A DNA stretch of 64,000 nt from NCBI GenBank assembly GCA_947085265.1, contig CAMTVR010000012.1, forward strand, positions 486,025-550,024. The letters are read 5' to 3'. The notes beneath the pieces were generated by a model. It was given only the letters and a program-made list of their open reading frames with translations. It ran no database searches and had not been told where the DNA came from. Position 1 is the stretch's first letter, and each line of letters begins with the position of its first letter. This DNA is from an uncultured Bacillus sp. (lineage in GTDB: Bacteria > Bacillota > Bacilli > ZCTH02-B2). This document shows positions 10,649 through 20,447 of this stretch, one piece after another. The translations under genes were made by a program, and so were the position numbers.

Positions 10649-10687
10649 AGCCGCTTGCCGAACCTTCGGCAAGCGGCTACTTTTTTG
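10649..10687. terminator. intrinsic terminator between convergent dusB and sco
   Basis: AGCCGCTTGCCGAA-CC-TTCGGCAAGCGGCT inverted repeat followed by T run. Confidence 0.85.
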
Positions 10688-10720
10688 CCCAACAGGCTAG
10701 GCTTGATCAGCAAGCTGACA

Positions 10721-11317
10721 TCACAGCAGCTGTCCAATGTCTTTCACCACCTGGGCGTCATCTACTTCCAATCCCATCTCGTATAACGCCCGGATTTTGC
10801 GATTCTGGTCGACGAGGAAGAATCGGGATGTGTGTGCCACCAGGCCATTGTCCTGCTTTTGAAAGTAAAAACCATAAGGTTTAATAACTTCCTGAAGCTT
10901 CTCTTTCTCTCCGCGCAAAAACACCCAATTGTCCAGCTTGGCTCCGACACGCTCACTGTAGGCTTGCAGAACTTCCGGCGTGTCCACTTCGGGATCCAAT
11001 GTGATGCTGACAAATTGTACGCGATCCGACCACCCCTTCTCCTTGACCGCCTGTTGCATTTTGGCCATGGCCATGGTGGTCGGCGCACATACATCCGGGC
11101 AGCTCGTATACATAAATTCGACCACCCGTACCTTGCCATCCGACTCATGAAAACTGACCTCTCCACCATGTGCCGACTCCAAAGTGAAATCAGAGGCTGT
11201 TCCCAATACGGGAAGCGCGTTGGCCCGCCACCATAATGTATAGGCCACCATCCCAAGAATGGCCACCAACAGTACGACGATGGCAATGATGAAGCCTTTC
11301 CTTTGAAGAACAGTCAT
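10721..11317 (-). CDS. SCO family copper chaperone
   Basis: N-terminal TM, CPDVC motif, TLDPEVDTP, conserved His (VAHT). Confidence 0.93.
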   Translation of the reverse strand: MTVLQRKGFIIAIVVLLVAILGMVAYTLWWRANALPVLGTASDFTLESAHGGEVSFHESDGKVRVVEFMYTSCPDVCAPTTMAMAKMQQAVKEKGWSDRVQFVSITLDPEVDTPEVLQAYSERVGAKLDNWVFLRGEKEKLQEVIKPYGFYFQKQDNGLVAHTSRFFLVDQNRKIRALYEMGLEVDDAQVVKDIGQLL

Positions 11318-11606
11318 CTTTAACTCCTCCTCATCCGCAAACTGGTTCCACGCATAACTAGTCCCCATCAACAATGCCTTTTCAAACGCTCCTTTTCATC
11401 AATGACATAAACTCGCCTCGATGGCATCCCCCCAAAGAGGGACAATCTGTGACATTCTTGTGAAAACATCTTGAAGACAAAAATTTTTAATAGATTCCTC
11501 AAAATGTTGTCAGCAAAGCCCGCCTAAAAGCTATTTCAAATCACGGAAGCAGGGAGTACTTTAGAATTAGAAACAACCAAATCTTGCAAGAAGGGAGGTT
11601 AATGCG

Positions 11607-11756
11607 ATGCCCAACCCCTCCACACCGGCCAAGGTCAAATCAGAACCCGAACACGAACAAAACCTCAAAGGCACACTGGCATCCGTGCTGCTGCTTGGTC
11701 TTGTCATCATTGTCATTTGGGGAGGCGTTTTCGCCCTCTATTTGTCGCGATTGTAG
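11607..11756 (+). CDS. cbaD: b(o/a)3-type cytochrome c oxidase subunit IIa (49 aa)
   Basis: GGGAGG RBS; MPNPSTPAKVKSEPEHEQNLKGTLASVLLLGLVIIVIWGGVFALYLSRL; below ORF-track cutoff. Confidence 0.88.
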   Translation: MPNPSTPAKVKSEPEHEQNLKGTLASVLLLGLVIIVIWGGVFALYLSRL

Positions 11757-11791
11757 TTGGTCAACGCTTGTCAACAAAGGAGTGAGGAGCG

Positions 11792-12262
11792 ATGCATTTA
11801 CACCGTTACGAACGTATCTGGCTGATTTTCGGCGCCGCGACATTGGTCGCATTTTTGGCCGTTCTGGCTGTCCAAACCTTTGCCCTTGGGTTGGCTCCGC
11901 CAAGCGATCTCGGGCAAGCTTGTCTGACCAGCCCCGATGAGTTGGCCCCTCCTTACAACAAACCGGGCGTCTACCAAGTTGGAGACAATGAGTATGACGT
12001 GGTCATGGTCTCATTTGCTTTCGGATTTGATCCGGGAACGGTCGAGGTCCCGGTCGGGGCCAAGATCAATTTTAAAGCGACCAGCAAAGATGTCATCCAC
12101 GGGTTTCAGATCCCGGGGACAAATGTCAACATGATGTTGATGCCGGGACACGCCAACGTTGTCAGCCATACGTTCACAGAACCGGGCGAATATCTGATTT
12201 TATGCAACGAATATTGCGGCATTGGTCATCAAGCAATGATGGGCAAAGTGATTGTCCAATGA
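11792..12262 (+). CDS. cbaB: b(o/a)3-type cytochrome c oxidase subunit II
   Basis: MHLHRYERIW start, DVIHGF and CuA motif CNEYCGIGHQAM. Confidence 0.95.
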   Translation: MHLHRYERIWLIFGAATLVAFLAVLAVQTFALGLAPPSDLGQACLTSPDELAPPYNKPGVYQVGDNEYDVVMVSFAFGFDPGTVEVPVGAKINFKATSKDVIHGFQIPGTNVNMMLMPGHANVVSHTFTEPGEYLILCNEYCGIGHQAMMGKVIVQ

Positions 12263-12275
12263 AAGGAGTGAGATC

Positions 12276-13934
12276 ATGAGTCAGACTATGAAGCCGGCAG
12301 GTTATGAATTACATCGTCAAGAAGCCAGATTGTCAATGGCCCACTTTTATGTGGCCTTTCTCGCGCTCTTATTGGGCGGCATCGCGGGACTTCTTCAGGC
12401 ATTACAACGCGCCGGCATGATTACGCTGCCCGGGGGCATCAATTACTATCAATTGCTGACCGCTCATGGGATCCTGTTGGCGCTCGTCCTAACGACCTAT
12501 TTTATCGTCGGATTTTTGCTCGCGGGTGTCGCAAAAACGACTGGCGGACTCACACCTGCGGCAAAAAGATTTGGCTGGCTCGGTTTTTGGCTGATGACCA
12601 TTGGCACCGCACTGACCACGGTCATGATTTTGACGAATAATGGAACCGTTCTCTACACATTTTATGCGCCAATGCAAGCCTCACCATGGTTCTATGTCGG
12701 CCTGACGCTGGTTGTGGTGGGAAGCTGGTGCAGCGGCATCGCCATTTTGATCAATTACATCAAATGGAAAAAGGAACATCGTGGCAAACTGTCACCATTG
12801 TTTACCTTTTTAAGCGTTGCGACGTTTATCCTCTGGTTTGTCGCAACGCTCGGCGTCGCGATCGAAGTGTTGTTCATGTTGATCCCTTGGTCATTTGGAT
12901 GGGTCGAGACAATCAACGTCATGCTCAGCCGGACTCTGTTCTGGTACTTTGGGCATCCTCTGGTGTATTTTTGGTTGATGCCGGCATATATCGCCTGGTA
13001 TATATCGATTCCGAAAATTTTGGGAACCAAGGTGTTCAGCGATTCGCTTGCGCGGATGGCATTTGTCCTCTTTGTCATCTTTTCGGTCCCGGTCGGCTTT
13101 CACCATCAACTGTTGGAACCCGGCATTTCCCCTGGATGGAAATTCTTGCAAGTGTTTCTGACAATGGTGGTGGTAGTTCCGTCCTTAATGACGGCCTTCA
13201 CTTTATTCGCCACTTTTGAATCAGCCGGAAGGGAAAAAGGCGCCAAAAGCTTGTTCGGTTGGTTGCGCTTCATGCCATGGGGAGATGCGCGTTTCCTGAC
13301 ACCCTTTGTCGGAATGTTGTTTTTCATTCCCGCCGGGGCAGGCGGCATTGTCAATGCCAGCAACCAGCTAAACCAAGCGGTCCATAACACACTCTGGGTC
13401 GTCGGTCACTTTCATTTGACGGTCGGAACGACCGTTATACTCACCTTTTTCGGTGTCGGGTACTGGCTGATTCCCTATCTGACCAAACGCGTGTTTACGC
13501 CGGCCATGAACAAGCTGGCCATCGTTCAGGCCATGCTCTGGGCCGTCGGCATGCTCATCATGTCCGGCATGATGCATATAAACGGCTTGCTCGGTATCCC
13601 GCGGCGCACCGCCTTTACCGATTACCAGGGAATGGCGGGGGATTGGATCCCGCCGCAAGTTATCATGGCCATCGGCGGTGCGATTGTATTCATCGCCATC
13701 GTTCTCGAGATCATCATCATGCTCAACCTGATGTTCTTTGCACCCAAGGGAGAAACCGAGTTTCAATTGGCTGAAACCGCCGCAGACGAAGCCATCAGCA
13801 CACCGCCCATCTTGGAGCGTTGGGGGGTATGGGTGGCCATTACCGCTGTCCTGGTCGTCGTCGCATATACGGTTCCAATCATCGATATGATCCAAAATGC
13901 CCCTCCTGGTTCACCTCCTATTCGAACCTGGTAA
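12276..13934 (+). CDS. cbaA: b(o/a)3-type cytochrome c oxidase subunit I
   Basis: LTAHG, WYFGHPLVY, GFHH, VHNTLWVVGHFH: B-family heme-copper oxidase ligands. Confidence 0.95.
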   Translation: MSQTMKPAGYELHRQEARLSMAHFYVAFLALLLGGIAGLLQALQRAGMITLPGGINYYQLLTAHGILLALVLTTYFIVGFLLAGVAKTTGGLTPAAKRFGWLGFWLMTIGTALTTVMILTNNGTVLYTFYAPMQASPWFYVGLTLVVVGSWCSGIAILINYIKWKKEHRGKLSPLFTFLSVATFILWFVATLGVAIEVLFMLIPWSFGWVETINVMLSRTLFWYFGHPLVYFWLMPAYIAWYISIPKILGTKVFSDSLARMAFVLFVIFSVPVGFHHQLLEPGISPGWKFLQVFLTMVVVVPSLMTAFTLFATFESAGREKGAKSLFGWLRFMPWGDARFLTPFVGMLFFIPAGAGGIVNASNQLNQAVHNTLWVVGHFHLTVGTTVILTFFGVGYWLIPYLTKRVFTPAMNKLAIVQAMLWAVGMLIMSGMMHINGLLGIPRRTAFTDYQGMAGDWIPPQVIMAIGGAIVFIAIVLEIIIMLNLMFFAPKGETEFQLAETAADEAISTPPILERWGVWVAITAVLVVVAYTVPIIDMIQNAPPGSPPIRTW

Positions 13935-14052
13935 TTGCTTGACCGAAGCTGATCTTTTCAACAACTTTTTTACAAACGATGCCATAAGTTGTTTAGCGAA
14001 AAAGTTTATGGTAATGATATAAATTGAAGCACTCGAAAAAGGGGGTTATGTT

Positions 14053-14463
14053 TTGAAGCTCAACCTGAACAAGAAAATCATCGGCATCTTTTCGCTCGTC
14101 GCGGTGCTGGCCTTGGCTGGATGTGGCGCCGCTTCTGACCAAAACGATCAACCACAGCAGAATGAACAGCCCACCGATCAGACACAGGGTGGGGATACCA
14201 CTGGCAATAACGCCACCGGCGACACCTCTGTAGCCTTTGATGAAGCCAAAGCCCAAGAGACCTATCAAGCTTCTTGCGCGGGTTGCCATGGCGCCAATTT
14301 GGAAGGCGGCTTTGGTCCGGCCTTGAATACTGTGGGTTCAAGGATGGATGCCAACGCCATTTATGATATTATCAAGAATGGCCGCGGACAAATGCCCCCT
14401 CAAGGCCAGGTTAGTGATGAGGATGCAAAAAACGTGGCTGAGTGGCTGGCCAGCTTAAAGTAA
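14053..14463 (+). CDS. cccB: lipoprotein cytochrome c551-like
   Basis: Lipobox LAGC, heme motif CAGCH, GPAL, axial Met in GRGQMP. Confidence 0.85.
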   Translation: MKLNLNKKIIGIFSLVAVLALAGCGAASDQNDQPQQNEQPTDQTQGGDTTGNNATGDTSVAFDEAKAQETYQASCAGCHGANLEGGFGPALNTVGSRMDANAIYDIIKNGRGQMPPQGQVSDEDAKNVAEWLASLK

Positions 14464-14467
14464 CGAT

Positions 14468-14501
14468 AAATCCCGCCCACCCAATGGTGGAGCGGGATTT
14501 T
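14468..14501. terminator. bidirectional intrinsic terminator
   Basis: AAATCCCGC-CCACC-caat-GGTGG-a-GCGGGATTT hairpin between convergent genes. Confidence 0.75.
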
Positions 14502-14540
14502 CTCTTTAGCCCACTGGCTTCGTCAACGGCGCCATCGGGT

Positions 14541-15326
14541 TCAATGAACCATCGTTTCACGATAAACCTGCGCGATTTTTTCCCGATATACCTCATCCAG
14601 TGCCCGTCCTTCACATAGCGCATCCAAAGAGCCGCTGTAAAGCAGCCTTCCCTGATAGAGCAGGAGAACCTCGTCGGCGATCGCTTGCACATCACGCAAC
14701 TGATGACTGGAAAAGAGAATCGTCATCCCCTGCTTCCGCAAACGCTTCATCAAGCTGATTAACGTCTCCGACCAAATCGGATCCAGTCCGTTGGCCGGTT
14801 CGTCCAACATCAAGAGAGCTGGCTGTTTGAGTAAGGCCTGAGCCAGTAACAAGCGCTGCATCATCCCTTTGGAAAACGCGGAAACCGGCTGATTTTGCAC
14901 TGTTTCCAGCCCCAGTTCTGCTAGCAACTTATCGACGCGGTCAATAGGCACACCTTGTAACCGAGCATAAAAGCTCAGCACCTCCCGCGCCTTCACGGAG
15001 GTGGAAAAATTAACCTGATCCGGCATCAGGCGAACGGCAGGCCCTCGCCCTCTCCGGTTATCCCTGAGTATCACCGCCTGAGGTTGGCCAAAAAGTCGAA
15101 TTTCCCCCTGACTGGGGCGGACAAGACCGGCGATCATGTGAATCAGGGTGCTTTTCCCGGCACCGTTGCCGCCACAAAACGCAACACACGTCCCCTTTTC
15201 GAGGCTCCAAGTCAACGGCTGCAAAACCATCTTCTCGCCATAGCGCTTGCCCAGGTTGTCAACTTCCACAACCTTATCAACGCCGATCCGTTCAGTTGGT
15301 TGTTGCATTCTCCGCATGTTTATCAC
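14541..15326 (-). CDS. nosF: ABC ATP-binding protein, NosF-like
   Basis: GGNGAGKST, FSKGM, LDEP; last gene of nosD-L-Y operon. Confidence 0.75.
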   Translation of the reverse strand: MINMRRMQQPTERIGVDKVVEVDNLGKRYGEKMVLQPLTWSLEKGTCVAFCGGNGAGKSTLIHMIAGLVRPSQGEIRLFGQPQAVILRDNRRGRGPAVRLMPDQVNFSTSVKAREVLSFYARLQGVPIDRVDKLLAELGLETVQNQPVSAFSKGMMQRLLLAQALLKQPALLMLDEPANGLDPIWSETLISLMKRLRKQGMTILFSSHQLRDVQAIADEVLLLYQGRLLYSGSLDALCEGRALDEVYREKIAQVYRETMVH

Positions 15327-16141
15327 CTTGCTCTCCTTCGCCAGCCGGCAATCGCCAGCCGTAAGCTAAAACCAATCCAAACGACCACCAAACCAAGGAC
15401 CGTCACATCCATCCATATCGTTTGCGACCATTTCCCCAACGCATAATACTGGCTTCCAAAAACCGCCTCCCCGCCCATTTTAAAAACACTATACAAACGC
15501 AACAGATCCGCAGGATTGAGAAAATTCAACCCGACTGAAAGAGGCATCTTCAAAAAGGCAGGCGTTATGATCAAGATCGTCATACTCAAAAACGGATATA
15601 TGACAATCGAAAAGAACCAAATCAAAACACTCGCAAGCACAGCCGACAATCTGTTTTTCGACCACGATCCGACAAGCAACCCGATCGACAGATAAACCAT
15701 GGAAAGAATCAGGAGTACTCCGATCAGCCAGAACAAAATCCATCCATTTGGCAACCCTTGAAAACTCGCGACCAACCCGGAAAAGCCAAAGCCAAGCAAG
15801 ATGCTGATTGCCATGGCGAGCGTAAGCGCAAGCCATTTGCCGAACAAAACCGCAAACGGAGTGGTCACGTTCCAGAGTAAGAGAGCGGTACGATCTTCCC
15901 ATTCGCCCGCAATGGACAGGGAGGAGAGAATCAAGGTGGCGATCGGGATAAAATAGAAAGCCAGTTGCAAGAGGCCGGAGGTGGTTTTGTTCAGCGCTTG
16001 AAAGGAAATCCCTCCATATGCCTGAATGCCAAAATACAAGGTCATGACCGCCAGCATCAAAAACAACACGGTAAACCAGGCCAACACCGAACTTTTGACC
16101 ACCTGTTTCCACTCATGTTTTGCAATCGTCCACCACACCAA
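15323..16141 (-). CDS. nosY: ABC permease, NosY-like
   Basis: Multiple TM segments, SIAGEWED, LNPADLLR, MGGEAVFG. Confidence 0.78.
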   Translation of the reverse strand: MVWWTIAKHEWKQVVKSSVLAWFTVLFLMLAVMTLYFGIQAYGGISFQALNKTTSGLLQLAFYFIPIATLILSSLSIAGEWEDRTALLLWNVTTPFAVLFGKWLALTLAMAISILLGFGFSGLVASFQGLPNGWILFWLIGVLLILSMVYLSIGLLVGSWSKNRLSAVLASVLIWFFSIVIYPFLSMTILIITPAFLKMPLSVGLNFLNPADLLRLYSVFKMGGEAVFGSQYYALGKWSQTIWMDVTVLGLVVVWIGFSLRLAIAGWRRRAR

Positions 16142-16245
16142 CCTCTCACTCCATCTCTGTATCGTTAGCCCTCGTACACTGTCCGGCCTTCTTGCTGCAG
16201 ATTGGTATACAGGTCCATTGGGTCAAGCTGTTCCATGTCATTGTG

Positions 16246-16854
16246 CTACTTCATGTGATCCTGCTCATTCATCTGATCATGCTCCGTATCGCCATGCTTC
16301 ATACCATCCTGACGCTCCGTCTCCGTCCCGTTCTTGTCCATCATATGCCCTTTCATGTGTTCCATGTTTCGCTCCCAATGGTGATTGCGCAGTTCGGTAA
16401 TGCTCATGATCACGCCGTTTGGATATTCCTGCTGTTTTTCTTCGGCGGCGGCGGAATCCTGAAAGGAAAGGATCCCATAGCCCATCGGCGTATGAATCGA
16501 TTTATCATAGAAGAACGTGGCCTGTTCCAGTTCCACCCATGCTAGTGAATTGGCATCGCGCACATAAGAAACAGCAATATCCAGCTCATTCTCATCCTGG
16601 TGTTTGATGAGACACCCAATATCGTCAAATTTGAGCACGGTCCCGTCAGCGAGGATCATTTGGGTGGCGTGTTCATTGTCTGGAACAGCCATATTGCAAT
16701 GGGCACACACATCCACCTCCGGATTGACATCCGCGGCGGCCGGTTTGCCACCTGAACCACACGCCGTCAAGAGCAATGCGACCGCCACGATGGTAAGCAA
16801 CACTCCCCATTTGCCAATGCATTTTTTTAGCCAATGAACATGATTTTCCATCAT
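16246..16854 (-). CDS. nosL: NosL-family copper-binding lipoprotein
   Basis: Lipobox LTAC, CAHCNM, FDDIGC, TPMGYG, His/Met-rich tail. Confidence 0.9.
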   Translation of the reverse strand: MMENHVHWLKKCIGKWGVLLTIVAVALLLTACGSGGKPAAADVNPEVDVCAHCNMAVPDNEHATQMILADGTVLKFDDIGCLIKHQDENELDIAVSYVRDANSLAWVELEQATFFYDKSIHTPMGYGILSFQDSAAAEEKQQEYPNGVIMSITELRNHHWERNMEHMKGHMMDKNGTETERQDGMKHGDTEHDQMNEQDHMK

Positions 16855-18278
16855 CTTACATCACCCTTTCCTTTCATTCCAATCATGAACCCCAGGAGTC
16901 CCAGGAAAAAGATGGCTCCAAAAAAAAGCACATTGTGCCAGTGGACAGAACGCGCCGCCGGTACCTCCCATTGGATCGGCTTGCCGAGCGGATACCGATC
17001 CACCGGTTCGTCATCCCCGCCCACCGGCATGGACATCAAAGCTGCCACGGCCGGGCTGTGGGCATACAATTCCAATGCTGGGAAGCGTTCGGTCAAAACG
17101 GCAAACCAACGTTGCATCACATGCGGCACATCCCCAACGCCATCGCCATCCCGATCCGGCCCCAGGTAATCATCCCAAAAGTTCCCGTATCTCCCGTCAT
17201 CCAACCAATTGCTCCAATCTCCCGCTTGCCGCACCTGCCATTGATTGGAAATGAAATTGTTGAGCACAATCTGATTTTCGGTGGCATCCGCCGTCGCCTC
17301 CAGGCCAAGCTGGTTGCCGATCACCGTATTCTCGACGATACGGTTGTCTGTCGCTTTCTCCAGCTTCAGGCCGATGGCATTGTCGGCAATCAGGTTGTTC
17401 CGTACCAGGGTTCCTTTGGTCTCGTATAGTACAGCGCCGTACCCTTGAAAGGCACGGTTGCCATGAAGGAGGTTCTCGGTCATCCCAATCTCATCCGAGT
17501 CCATCACCAGGATGCCGATCAGGCTCTGTCCAACCTCATTCCGGTGTACCTCGTTCCGATTAGACTGGATCATAAAGTGAAATCCGTAGCGGCTTCTCAT
17601 GACCTGGTTTTGGACGAGAAAGTTATCCGCAGAACGCTCCACATAGACGCCATCCATAAATCCGTCAATGCGGTTGTTTTCAATCCGGTTATCCTGCGAA
17701 CGATCCAGATCAATGGCGTTACCTCGCAGATGAACTGGCTTATCTGGAAAACCGTCAAACTGATTGCCGGCGATCCGGCTCCCCTGATTTTGTGTCAAAA
17801 TTATCCCGTACGCGCACTCCTCAAACCGATTCTCGATCACCTCGATTTCTGAGCCTTTAAGAAGCAGGCCCGCTTTTTCTTCTTTTGAACCGCTCCCACT
17901 GTTGCGAATCACCAATCCTTCCAATCGCACCCCATCCGCATCGACCATGATGACCGGCCCCGCACCCCCGCCATCAATCACCGCTTGGCCGTTCCCGATG
18001 AGCTGCAGCGGCTTGTCGATGCGGACAGGCCCTCGATACACACCTTCCGCCAGCGCCAGCACGTCGCCTGGACGGGCTTGATCAATGAGCGGTTGCAGAT
18101 GTTTCGCCGCTTGTGCACCTTGTTTCTGCATCTGTAAAGCACCCGATTTTTCTGCGGCGAGAGCCGAACCCCCTTCCGTCATCACGCCATTCCAGAGGGA
18201 CAGGAGAAAGAGAGAGAACAGTGCCATGGCGTTACGACGCAAGTTCCATCTACGTTTCTCTCGAACCATAAAGGACAT
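16851..18278 (-). CDS. nosD: NosD-family parallel beta-helix protein
   Basis: GVYRGPVRIDKPL, RGNAI, SRYGFHFM, GNFWDDY, DRDGDGVGD, D.YPL; C-terminal TM. Confidence 0.9.
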   Translation of the reverse strand: MSFMVREKRRWNLRRNAMALFSLFLLSLWNGVMTEGGSALAAEKSGALQMQKQGAQAAKHLQPLIDQARPGDVLALAEGVYRGPVRIDKPLQLIGNGQAVIDGGGAGPVIMVDADGVRLEGLVIRNSGSGSKEEKAGLLLKGSEIEVIENRFEECAYGIILTQNQGSRIAGNQFDGFPDKPVHLRGNAIDLDRSQDNRIENNRIDGFMDGVYVERSADNFLVQNQVMRSRYGFHFMIQSNRNEVHRNEVGQSLIGILVMDSDEIGMTENLLHGNRAFQGYGAVLYETKGTLVRNNLIADNAIGLKLEKATDNRIVENTVIGNQLGLEATADATENQIVLNNFISNQWQVRQAGDWSNWLDDGRYGNFWDDYLGPDRDGDGVGDVPHVMQRWFAVLTERFPALELYAHSPAVAALMSMPVGGDDEPVDRYPLGKPIQWEVPAARSVHWHNVLFFGAIFFLGLLGFMIGMKGKGDVR

Positions 18279-18519
18279 CGAACCCCTTCCCCCTCCGATG
18301 CACTAAGCGCTTTCACGACCTGTCGCCCTAATGACGGTAAATACGGAACGCCCTGACCAAGGCAAACAAAAAACATGTGCACCATAAAGACTTGTGCACA
18401 TGCATCGTACAATAAGCGCGAACCATGAACTATCCCTCAAACGGGCCAATTCCTTGACAAAAACATGACAACGTTACCAACATTTCAGCCGTGGATAGTT
18501 ATTTCATATTTTCATACGC

Positions 18520-19170
18520 TCATTTTTCATGCATCATCCCTTGTTCATACGCATAGCGGGCCAGTTGGACGCGGTTACTGAGGTGCAATTTTTGCAGAAT
18601 GTTTTTGAGGTGATTTTTTACTGTGTACTCGGAAATGGTCAGCTGATCCGCGATTTCCCGGTTGCTGTATCCCTTGGCGACCAGATGCAAAATCTCCTGT
18701 TCCCGCCGCGTCAACTCCGTATGATAGCTCCTATTGGCCTCCATTTTGAATTCATAAAGAATACGGAGCGCGATCTCTTTGGGGATGGAAGTATCATCGG
18801 TTGCAATCGCCTTCAGGTAATCGCGCCAGAGTTCCGGCTTGATGTTTTTGAGGAGATACCCTTGCGCTCCCTTTTTGAACGCTTCAAATAGATCGGTCAC
18901 ATTATCCGATACAGTGACCACGACAATCTTCACGTAGGGGAATCGTTCCTTGATCACCTTCGTTGCTTCCAGCCCGTCCATCTCGGGCATACTGATGTCC
19001 ATCAAAATCAAATCGGGCATCAGCTGTTCGGTCAACGCGACAGCCTCTTTCCCGTTGCTTCCCTCACCGATGATTTCAAATTCAGGATCAGACGACAAAA
19101 TCATCTGCATTGCCTTGCGAGCAAGTTCATGATCATCCACGATCAGTACACGGTAAGGGAATTGCATCAC
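18520..19170 (-). CDS. NarL/LuxR-family response regulator
   Basis: REC domain (VDDH, LMDISMP) plus LuxR HTH (LTRREQEIL...TVKNH). Confidence 0.95.
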   Translation of the reverse strand: MMQFPYRVLIVDDHELARKAMQMILSSDPEFEIIGEGSNGKEAVALTEQLMPDLILMDISMPEMDGLEATKVIKERFPYVKIVVVTVSDNVTDLFEAFKKGAQGYLLKNIKPELWRDYLKAIATDDTSIPKEIALRILYEFKMEANRSYHTELTRREQEILHLVAKGYSNREIADQLTISEYTVKNHLKNILQKLHLSNRVQLARYAYEQGMMHEK

Positions 19171-20018
19171 CGTTTGCCTCCTTCCGTAACCGCCTGCCGG
19201 CAGATGATGAGCTGTGTCCGTTCTTCCTCACACACAAGCTGCATCCGCCAGCCAATTTCACGCACCCGATCCTGCATGATGTGTACGCCAAATTTATCCT
19301 TTTGCTTCCATGGTTCGCCGGTGAAGCCTTTCCCGTCATCCTCAACCACCAGGCAAAGCCTTCCCTCCTTTAGGCCAAAAAACACCCAGACATGAGCCGC
19401 ATCTGCATGCTTGCGGACATTCATCAACGCCTCCTGAAGGCAGGCGTGCAAGGCGACACGCTCCTTGGCAGAAATATCCGGAACCGCAGCTTCCCCGTCT
19501 TTGTCCGTCAACACAAACACTGCGATTTTCGTCTCCTGTTGAAACTGTTCGCAGACCTGCCGCATCATTTGCAACCATGAGAACCCTTCTTCTGGAATCG
19601 GATACTTCAGGTTGGCCATCGCTTGCCGGGTGTAATCATGAATGTGGCGGACACTTTTTTTCAGTTCATTCCATTGTTCGGGAGTCGGTTTTTGCCCTTC
19701 CATCTGTTCAATCTGGACCGACAAAAGAAACAACGATTGCGCTAACCCGTCGTGGAGGTGGCGGACCATCCGCTCCCGCTCTTCCATCACTGCCTGTCTG
19801 GCCCGCTCCTTCCTCACCTCCTCTTGCATCCTTTCATAAATGAAAAAAAGTTTCCGGGTAAGGGTCATTGTCACGATAAAGAGGATGATTGGCGACAGTA
19901 GGTTTCCCAGTTCCATCGAGATATATGGCAATAAAAAGGCGTGACGGACATATTCCCATAAGCCAATGATGATCGTGGGAATAACCAGAATGAGCCATTT
20001 CACCTGTTGATAGGACAT
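19167..20018 (-). CDS. HisKA_3 sensor histidine kinase with two TM helices
   Basis: ERERMVRHLHDGLAQ, QEALMNVRKHA, DDGKGF; start at ATG 20018 by RBS. Confidence 0.92.
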   Translation of the reverse strand: MSYQQVKWLILVIPTIIIGLWEYVRHAFLLPYISMELGNLLSPIILFIVTMTLTRKLFFIYERMQEEVRKERARQAVMEERERMVRHLHDGLAQSLFLLSVQIEQMEGQKPTPEQWNELKKSVRHIHDYTRQAMANLKYPIPEEGFSWLQMMRQVCEQFQQETKIAVFVLTDKDGEAAVPDISAKERVALHACLQEALMNVRKHADAAHVWVFFGLKEGRLCLVVEDDGKGFTGEPWKQKDKFGVHIMQDRVREIGWRMQLVCEEERTQLIICRQAVTEGGKR

Positions 20019-20126
20019 GTGTTCACCCTCTTCAGCGTGAACGCCGCACGCACCCGACCATGCGATGTATGCACCATCTAAACACCGCCTAAATGTCATA
20101 AATCCTTGTATGATCCTTTCAGTGAC

Positions 20127-20447
20127 TTACATCAAATAACGCACCAACATCATCGCTAAAATGCCAGTCAAGACCGCTGCCAACAGACTTCGGGTAAAAT
20201 AGGCCACCAAAAACGCCGGCAAAGCCGCTAGCAGGCCGTCGAGCTGCGGTGAAAGCGTGCCGCCTGAAACGAAAAGTTCCTGTCCCAGTAATGCGGCCAT
20301 GACGGCCACCGGGATATATCCCAGCCAACGAAGCCCCCAATCTGGCAAGCGAATCTTGCTCAATACGATGAACGGCAGAATCCGCGGGACCAATGTGACA
20401 AGCGATGCTCCCAGCAGCATCCACAAAAAGCTCCATCTCACTTCCAT
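20127..20447 (-). CDS. azlD: AzlD domain protein
   Basis: VTLVPRILPF, YIPVAVMAAL, TRSLL; follows azlC. Confidence 0.88.
   Translation of the reverse strand: MEVRWSFLWMLLGASLVTLVPRILPFIVLSKIRLPDWGLRWLGYIPVAVMAALLGQELFVSGGTLSPQLDGLLAALPAFLVAYFTRSLLAAVLTGILAMMLVRYLM

Noticed and set aside
11440-11580. Rex or Fnr operator between sco and cbaD
   Set aside because: Only half-sites such as TTGTGAA, with no matching second arm
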